A DNA stretch of 11,775 nt from Fidelibacterota bacterium (lineage in GTDB: Bacteria > Fidelibacterota > Marinisomatia > Marinisomatales > UBA2128): the NCBI GenBank assembly GCA_046861645.1, contig JBHHUM010000066.1, positions 1 to 11,775 of the forward strand, written 5' to 3'. Every line of letters begins with the position of its first letter. Positions within the stretch are counted from its first letter, which is position 1. The notes under the pieces are model-generated. The model had not been told where the DNA came from, ran no database searches, and was given only the letters and a program-made list of their open reading frames with translations. A program made the translations under genes and the position numbers. Below, piece after piece: positions 6,819 to 11,775 of this stretch.

Positions 6819-9146
6819 ATGTTTACTTCTTCCGTTGAAAAGCGATTTCATGAAAGATCGGGTTACGCTCTACCAGAATCACGTATTCCCTATATCACAG
6901 TATGTAGTTTTCCAGAGCTGGGACTTCTGACGGCGTTGAGGTTTTTGGAATGGTCTTCAGAGAATCCTGAAGGAGTAGTAAGCCTACCAACGGGAAAAAC
7001 TCCTGAGTACTTTATTAAGTGGACAAACTATTTGCTTTTAGAGTGGCAGTCTCCAGATCAGGAGAAATTCAGAAAGAATTTCGGGTTGGGAATAAAGAAT
7101 AAACCCGATCTGAGAGGGCTACATTTTGTGCAAATTGATGAATTTTACCCTATTAATCCTGTCCAACACAATAGTTTCAACTATTATGTAAATAAATATT
7201 ATGTGGAAGGGTTTGGTCTTGATCAAAATCGGGCACAGTTGATTAACTGTCAGAAGATTCCACGGCCTCAAGGTTTACCCTTTGAACAAATTTTTCCTAA
7301 CGACAAAGTAGATCTCACATTGAGAACCCGAGAATGCCGCAGCAGGGAAGAGGAGTTACAGCGGGATGCAGTATTGATGGTTGACGAATGGTGTGCGGAA
7401 TATGAGGAGAGGATTCGTCAGAAGGGTGGCATTGGTTTTTTCCTGGGGGGGATTGGTCCTGATGGACATATTGCTTTTAATGTAAGGGGATCGGACCATA
7501 ATTCTACTACCCGGTTGACTGATACTAATTTTGAGACGCAGGCTGCAGCCGCTACTGATCTGGGAGGAATTGAAATATCAAGGAGTAAGTTGGTAATTAC
7601 GATTGGATTAGCGACAATAACTTTTAATCCAGAAGTTATTGCTATCATTATGGCAGCGGGAGAAGCCAAGGCAGGTATTGTGGCTAACTCTGTGGAAAGT
7701 AAACCATCCAACCTTTTCCCAGCTACAGCGTTGCACAAACTTACTAATAGCAGATTCTATCTGACGCAAGGTGCTGCTTCCCGGATCAGTACAAGCATGC
7801 AAAGATATTACCAGAGCAGTAAATGGTCAGGTGAGAAAACCGAGCGTGCCATAATTGACCTTTGCAAGAGGGAAAATATTTTTGGTCACCGGTTAGAAGT
7901 GGAGGACCTTCAGAAAGACAAAGTATGTGACATGATTCCCAATAAGGATGGGAGTACAGTGAGTTTTGTAATTAAGTCTCTTCAAAAGAAGATCCAGCGC
8001 GGTTTAACAAATCTTACAGGAGAAGTTTTTCTGCATACAGGTCCCCATCATGATGATATTATGTTGGGCTATCTACCATTCATTGTTCATCTGATACGAT
8101 CTCCCAAGAATACACATCATTTTTCCATTTTTACTTCTGGTTTTACTTCAGTTACTAATAACTACCTGTTACGCACTCTCCGTGCAACCAAGACATTACT
8201 TATTCAAAACCGTATTGAGATGATTATGTATCCTGATTTCTTTGAATCAGGATATCGTTTGAAATGGGATAAAGACATTTTCCACTATTTGGATCGCGTT
8301 GCCGCCCGAAACCGGGAAGGGCAAACCCGTGGTCTCAGCCATAGAGTTATCAGGGTATTAGTTGAGATTTATGACATTAAGGATCGCACAGATCTATTGA
8401 GTAAAATTGATAACCTGATTACTTATCTTGAAGCCTGCTATGATGGTGAGAAAAATAGTTCTGATGTACAGCATCTAAAGGGAAGATTACGAGAGTTCGA
8501 GGAAGAACTGGTATGGGCTCATTATGGTGTGCAGGTAGAAAATGTCCACCATTTACGGTTAGGGTTTTACTCGGGAGATATTTTCAATAAACCTCCTGAC
8601 CGCTCCCGGGACGTGGCTCCTGTACTTGATCACCTTCGTACAATTAAACCGACCATCCTGACTCTGGCTCTTGATCCAGAAGGAAGTGGTCCTGATACCC
8701 ATTATAAAGCATTACAGACTCTTGCAGAAGCAGTGAGAGTTTGGCGACGAGATGAAGATTTATCTAATTTACGCATCTGGGGTTATAGGAACGTCTGGTA
8801 TCGCTTCCATCCTGCTGAAGCAGATATCATTGTACCGGTATCTCTCAATTCTATGTCAGTTTTGAGGGAGACATTCTTAGATTGCTATGTTAGTCAAAGA
8901 GAAGCGTCTTTCCCAAGTCACGAATTAGATGGCCCATTTTGTGAACTGGTTCAGAAAATATGGGTGGAACAGCATCAGCTGTTGGAGTTAGTTTTGGGAA
9001 GGGATTATTGGTACCAAAACAAGCATCCCCGTCTGCGAGCAACCCATGGGGTCCTTTATTTACGGGAAATGGATGTCGATACCTTCCTGGGTGAGGCGAG
9101 ACGTCTGGAAGAATCTATGGAGAGACAAATCGAATACTCTTTATGA
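6819..9146 (+). CDS. nagB: Long-form glucosamine-6-phosphate deaminase (NagB) fused to a C-terminal PIG-L/LmbE-like deacetylase domain
   Basis: 775 aa, no signal peptide. NagB motifs: SLPTGKTPE, QIDEFYP, FLGGIGPDGHIAFN..GS..STTR, ITIGLATI, AAGEAKA, PATAL. C-terminal PIG-L-like motifs: GPHHDDIMLG, LRLGFY, DPEGSGPDTH, IWGYRNVW, YVSQ. Confidence 0.9.
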   Translation: MFTSSVEKRFHERSGYALPESRIPYITVCSFPELGLLTALRFLEWSSENPEGVVSLPTGKTPEYFIKWTNYLLLEWQSPDQEKFRKNFGLGIKNKPDLRGLHFVQIDEFYPINPVQHNSFNYYVNKYYVEGFGLDQNRAQLINCQKIPRPQGLPFEQIFPNDKVDLTLRTRECRSREEELQRDAVLMVDEWCAEYEERIRQKGGIGFFLGGIGPDGHIAFNVRGSDHNSTTRLTDTNFETQAAAATDLGGIEISRSKLVITIGLATITFNPEVIAIIMAAGEAKAGIVANSVESKPSNLFPATALHKLTNSRFYLTQGAASRISTSMQRYYQSSKWSGEKTERAIIDLCKRENIFGHRLEVEDLQKDKVCDMIPNKDGSTVSFVIKSLQKKIQRGLTNLTGEVFLHTGPHHDDIMLGYLPFIVHLIRSPKNTHHFSIFTSGFTSVTNNYLLRTLRATKTLLIQNRIEMIMYPDFFESGYRLKWDKDIFHYLDRVAARNREGQTRGLSHRVIRVLVEIYDIKDRTDLLSKIDNLITYLEACYDGEKNSSDVQHLKGRLREFEEELVWAHYGVQVENVHHLRLGFYSGDIFNKPPDRSRDVAPVLDHLRTIKPTILTLALDPEGSGPDTHYKALQTLAEAVRVWRRDEDLSNLRIWGYRNVWYRFHPAEADIIVPVSLNSMSVLRETFLDCYVSQREASFPSHELDGPFCELVQKIWVEQHQLLELVLGRDYWYQNKHPRLRATHGVLYLREMDVDTFLGEARRLEESMERQIEYSL

Positions 9147-9167
9147 CTTTAAATTTAGGCTGATTTC

Positions 9168-9336
9168 TAACCTGTTTAATTCATCAGCCGCCAAGTTCGC
9201 GAAGTTTCACGAAGAGAAAACAAAAAAGTCCACAGAAATCCTGTTGGAAGATAATTTTCAATCATAATGCTCATATCTGCTATATTATCTATAATTTGCG
9301 AATCTTTGCGTTCTTCGTGACGAATAATCCAGGCTA
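9168..9336. repeat. Long imperfect inverted-repeat element (MITE/REP-like, possible bidirectional terminator) between convergent genes
   Basis: Outer arm 9168-9186 (taacctgtttaattcatca) matches the reverse complement of 9318-9336 (tagcctggattattcgtca) at 14/19. Inside each arm are three CGCRAAG/CACGAAG-like heptads with identical 7-2-7-3-7 spacing, in inverted orientation. Confidence 0.6.
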
Positions 9337-9388
9337 AATGTTCTCCCGATAAAATATCGTTAATTTATTCTGGATAGGAGAAAAAATC

Positions 9389-11775
9389 CTATTTGAGTAG
9401 GGTGAATTTCTTGGAAATATTTCTCCTCTTTGTCTTAAGTTTGGCTATATAAGTTCCAGTGGCAGCTCTATTCCCTGACGATGTTATCCCATTCCAAGTC
9501 AAGGTTATCTTACTACCAGAGGATAGTTGAGTCGGAAAAGGTATTTCAGAAATTTTGCGTCCAAGTAGATCAAGAATCTGAAGAGAAGCTGTGAGAGGGA
9601 AGGGTTCTGATGGTAGCTGAATTTCAATTTTCACATGAAGGTTAGCTGGATTAGGATAAATAGCCGTAATTGCTAATGTCATGGGTTGTGGATCAGGTTG
9701 GGTTTCAATATTTAGATTAGAGTAAAAATAGTTTAGTACAGAGGACATGACACTTTTCCTGGTTTCTTCTGGATAGATTGTTTCGAATGGAATGGCCAGA
9801 TGAACTAATCCACTGGGTACCGAACTGCTTCCGAATGATCCAATATATTCTATACCAGCCCCTCCCTGAGTGGAATAGTCCACTCCGCTATATTTGAGAT
9901 TTACAGAGGACCCACCAGTAGGTTTGATACCGTCTGGCCAATCCACATCATACGTGCCGTGTGATCCGTTGTCAAATGAGATGTTGGTAAGTTCCGTAAA
10001 AATAGTCCCACTTGTACCGTAGGCTTCATAGGTTCCTTGGTGACCTCCCGCGGCATCGGATACATAGACAGACTTCAGGTAGTCGGTATAGAAGGCGTAA
10101 TCGGTACTATTGCCCTGGGCCACAAGATCGTAGCCGATTTCCGACCCGGAGACGAAAAGTGCCCGGCCTGCCTCGAGGAAGTCCATCACCTCTGCCTGTT
10201 CCACCGCCGTGAAGGAACTGGTGGCTGTCCCCTCTTCGCCCAGAATCCAGTCCACGATAAAGTAATTGTTCATATCGATTAGTCCATTTTCGATCACCTC
10301 GTTGGCACAGGCATCGAAGGCATAGCCAGCGTTTTGAATAGCGGGTCCGTGGCGCCGGATGAAATCAAAAGTGTTATTAGTACCACTTACTCGGTCAAAA
10401 CCATTTACTACGAGTATTGACACTTCGTCTGTAGTGGGAATCACACCCAGCACTTCTGTCATAGGACTTTCCCCGTGCTCGTTTACTGCTGATACCTGGA
10501 TGTAGTACAGTTCTCCCTCCGTCAGGTTGGTCATGACGACTGGTTCGTTTGGAGAGGTTATGAGCAGGGTTGGATCGGAATCAGTGAACCAGCGGTAGAT
10601 GTTAAACTCGCTGGCACCGCTTGGAGTAGAGAAGCTGATCTGCACCGAGCCGTTGCCTGCATTGGTTATACTCAGATTGGTAGGTGCAGTGGGTGGTGAA
10701 GTGGCTCCAAAGTGGTCTGCCAGAGCACCCCACAATTCCGGTTCTGTTCCGTCGTATCCAAGAGCCCAAATGCCAATTCCTAGAAGGTCTTCTTCGATAA
10801 CCAGCTCGTACTTGAGAGAAAGAGATAGACTGTCGTCATACCATCCCTGATGCCATTGGTTGCTGTCGTCCTGGTAATGATACCACGGAGTCTGTGATTC
10901 ATCGTCCCAAAGTAGACCGTAACTCTCCGCCAGAGCAATGGCTTCGGAGTAGAACTTGGCATCGCCGCTCCCGGTCGTGGATGCTCCTGCACTGCCGGAG
11001 GTAGTTGGCCATTCATACCCGTAGTACGGCAGACCCAGGATAATCTTGTCCCGTTCGTTACCGGTCTTGGTCAGGTAGTCGTCTACGGTCCAGGTGATGT
11101 TATAAGTCCCCCAGCCGGTGAGAGGAGAGACAGGTCCTGCTGTGGAACTGCTGCTCCAGTGGTAACCGTAGCCCATGATCATTAAGCCGTCGCAGGCATT
11201 GGCGAGAGCATCATAGTTAAAGGCGTTGGACCAGTCCACAGCCGGTGTCGCAATGGTTACCTGTGAGGCCGGGTTTGCCTCGTGGAAAGCTGAAGTGAGA
11301 TCAGTCATGAATGTGGTAAGATTGTCACGCTGACTGGAGGGAACACCCTCAAAGTCGATATTTACACCGTCAGCCCCGGCAGCGTTTACCTCTGATAGGA
11401 GATTATTGATTAGCGTCTGCCGGTTGGAGGCGCTGTTTAAAAGCTGAGAGATTTGATCACTATTAAACAGGATAACCACCAGTGAAACTTCTGTTCCATA
11501 AGAATGAGCCAGGTTAATGAGGCTTGTCACCGGCCAGCCATGGTGGTCGATGATACTTCCATACCCATTGGTTTCCACACCGAAGTAGGCAATGGTGGAA
11601 ATTAGATTGAAATTATAATTCTGCCAGGCGCTTCCCATCCAGTAGGGATGATAGCCAAAAATCTCTCGAGAGGGGGCTGTCAGTCGTTTATGGAGTGGTA
11701 TAAAGTAATTATCACTTTTGGCCTTTATATCTTGGAATAACTTCTTGTAAAACTCATGCTGCTCCTGATGGATAC
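9389..11775 (-). CDS. Secreted GH18 glycoside hydrolase + fibronectin type III + uncharacterised alpha/beta domain + C-terminal T9SS-type A/FlgD-Ig sorting domain; 5'-truncated by the window edge
   Basis: The frame stays open upstream of the track's Met at 11638 (IHQEQHEFYKKLF...REIFGYHPYW-MGS), so the start is outside the window. GH18 motifs: ADGVNIDFE, IMGY, KIILGLPYYG, WDDESQTPW, GIGIWALG. FN3: PPTAPTNLS...YYIQVSAVNEHGES. C-terminus: AIYPNPAN...GTYIAKL...KKFTLLK. Confidence 0.9.
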   Translation of the reverse strand, partial: IHQEQHEFYKKLFQDIKAKSDNYFIPLHKRLTAPSREIFGYHPYWMGSAWQNYNFNLISTIAYFGVETNGYGSIIDHHGWPVTSLINLAHSYGTEVSLVVILFNSDQISQLLNSASNRQTLINNLLSEVNAAGADGVNIDFEGVPSSQRDNLTTFMTDLTSAFHEANPASQVTIATPAVDWSNAFNYDALANACDGLMIMGYGYHWSSSSTAGPVSPLTGWGTYNITWTVDDYLTKTGNERDKIILGLPYYGYEWPTTSGSAGASTTGSGDAKFYSEAIALAESYGLLWDDESQTPWYHYQDDSNQWHQGWYDDSLSLSLKYELVIEEDLLGIGIWALGYDGTEPELWGALADHFGATSPPTAPTNLSITNAGNGSVQISFSTPSGASEFNIYRWFTDSDPTLLITSPNEPVVMTNLTEGELYYIQVSAVNEHGESPMTEVLGVIPTTDEVSILVVNGFDRVSGTNNTFDFIRRHGPAIQNAGYAFDACANEVIENGLIDMNNYFIVDWILGEEGTATSSFTAVEQAEVMDFLEAGRALFVSGSEIGYDLVAQGNSTDYAFYTDYLKSVYVSDAAGGHQGTYEAYGTSGTIFTELTNISFDNGSHGTYDVDWPDGIKPTGGSSVNLKYSGVDYSTQGGAGIEYIGSFGSSSVPSGLVHLAIPFETIYPEETRKSVMSSVLNYFYSNLNIETQPDPQPMTLAITAIYPNPANLHVKIEIQLPSEPFPLTASLQILDLLGRKISEIPFPTQLSSGSKITLTWNGITSSGNRAATGTYIAKLKTKRRNISKKFTLLK

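Noticed and set aside
7418..7802. Minus-strand ORFs 7418-7738 and 7608-7802
   Set aside because: They are antisense shadows of nagB.
9046..9267. 73-aa plus-strand ORF overlapping the nagB 3' end
   Set aside because: It is an off-frame overlap. Its AAKFAKFHEE stretch is just a translation of the heptad repeat arm.
9189..9320. Heptad repeats as a CRISPR array
   Set aside because: The units are 7 nt, inverted between arms, with no spacers of CRISPR length and no cas genes.
9341..9392. Small stems (cgata/tatcg, ttctcc/ggagaa, atagga/tcctat) as intrinsic terminators
   Set aside because: The stems are only 5-6 bp, partly mutually exclusive, one overlaps the GH18 stop codon, and none has a proper U-tract.
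10012..11016. Short ORFs 10012-10212, 10037-10282, 10599-10850 and 10780-11016
   Set aside because: They are shadow frames within the GH18 gene, favoured by the locally high GC.
11636..11638. ATG at 11638 as the GH18 start codon
   Set aside because: It is an internal Met. The frame is open to the window edge and encodes the first GH18 strand (IFGYHPYW), and no signal peptide follows this Met.

Overview
This is a bacterial window, probably from a non-Bacteroidia member of the FCB group (Marinimicrobia/KSB1/Calditrichota-like). That placement is inferred from the YPNP-type C-terminal sorting domains, Gln after the signal peptides and real Shine-Dalgarno sites. Six genes are present, and most point to amino-sugar or cell-wall polymer breakdown. 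A minus-strand run encodes a secreted TolB/PD40-type beta-propeller, a multidomain Amidase_3 N-acetylmuramoyl-L-alanine amidase with a sorting domain, a calcineurin-like metallophosphoesterase fused to a PQQ-type propeller, and a GHL10/DigH(YddW)-like glycoside hydrolase (runs off the left edge, absent from the ORF track). Divergent from these is a long nagB (glucosamine-6-P deaminase fused to a PIG-L/LmbE-like domain). Convergent with nagB is a GH18-FN3-unknown domain-sorting domain gene whose true start lies beyond the right edge. The best hypothesis is an exported peptidoglycan/chitin (necromass) scavenging locus. Non-coding features are a ~170-bp inverted-repeat element between the convergent genes and an 18-bp palindrome plus a hairpin upstream of the GHL10 gene. 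No rRNA, tRNA, CRISPR array or transposase was seen. All family calls come from motif recognition by eye, not from database searches.
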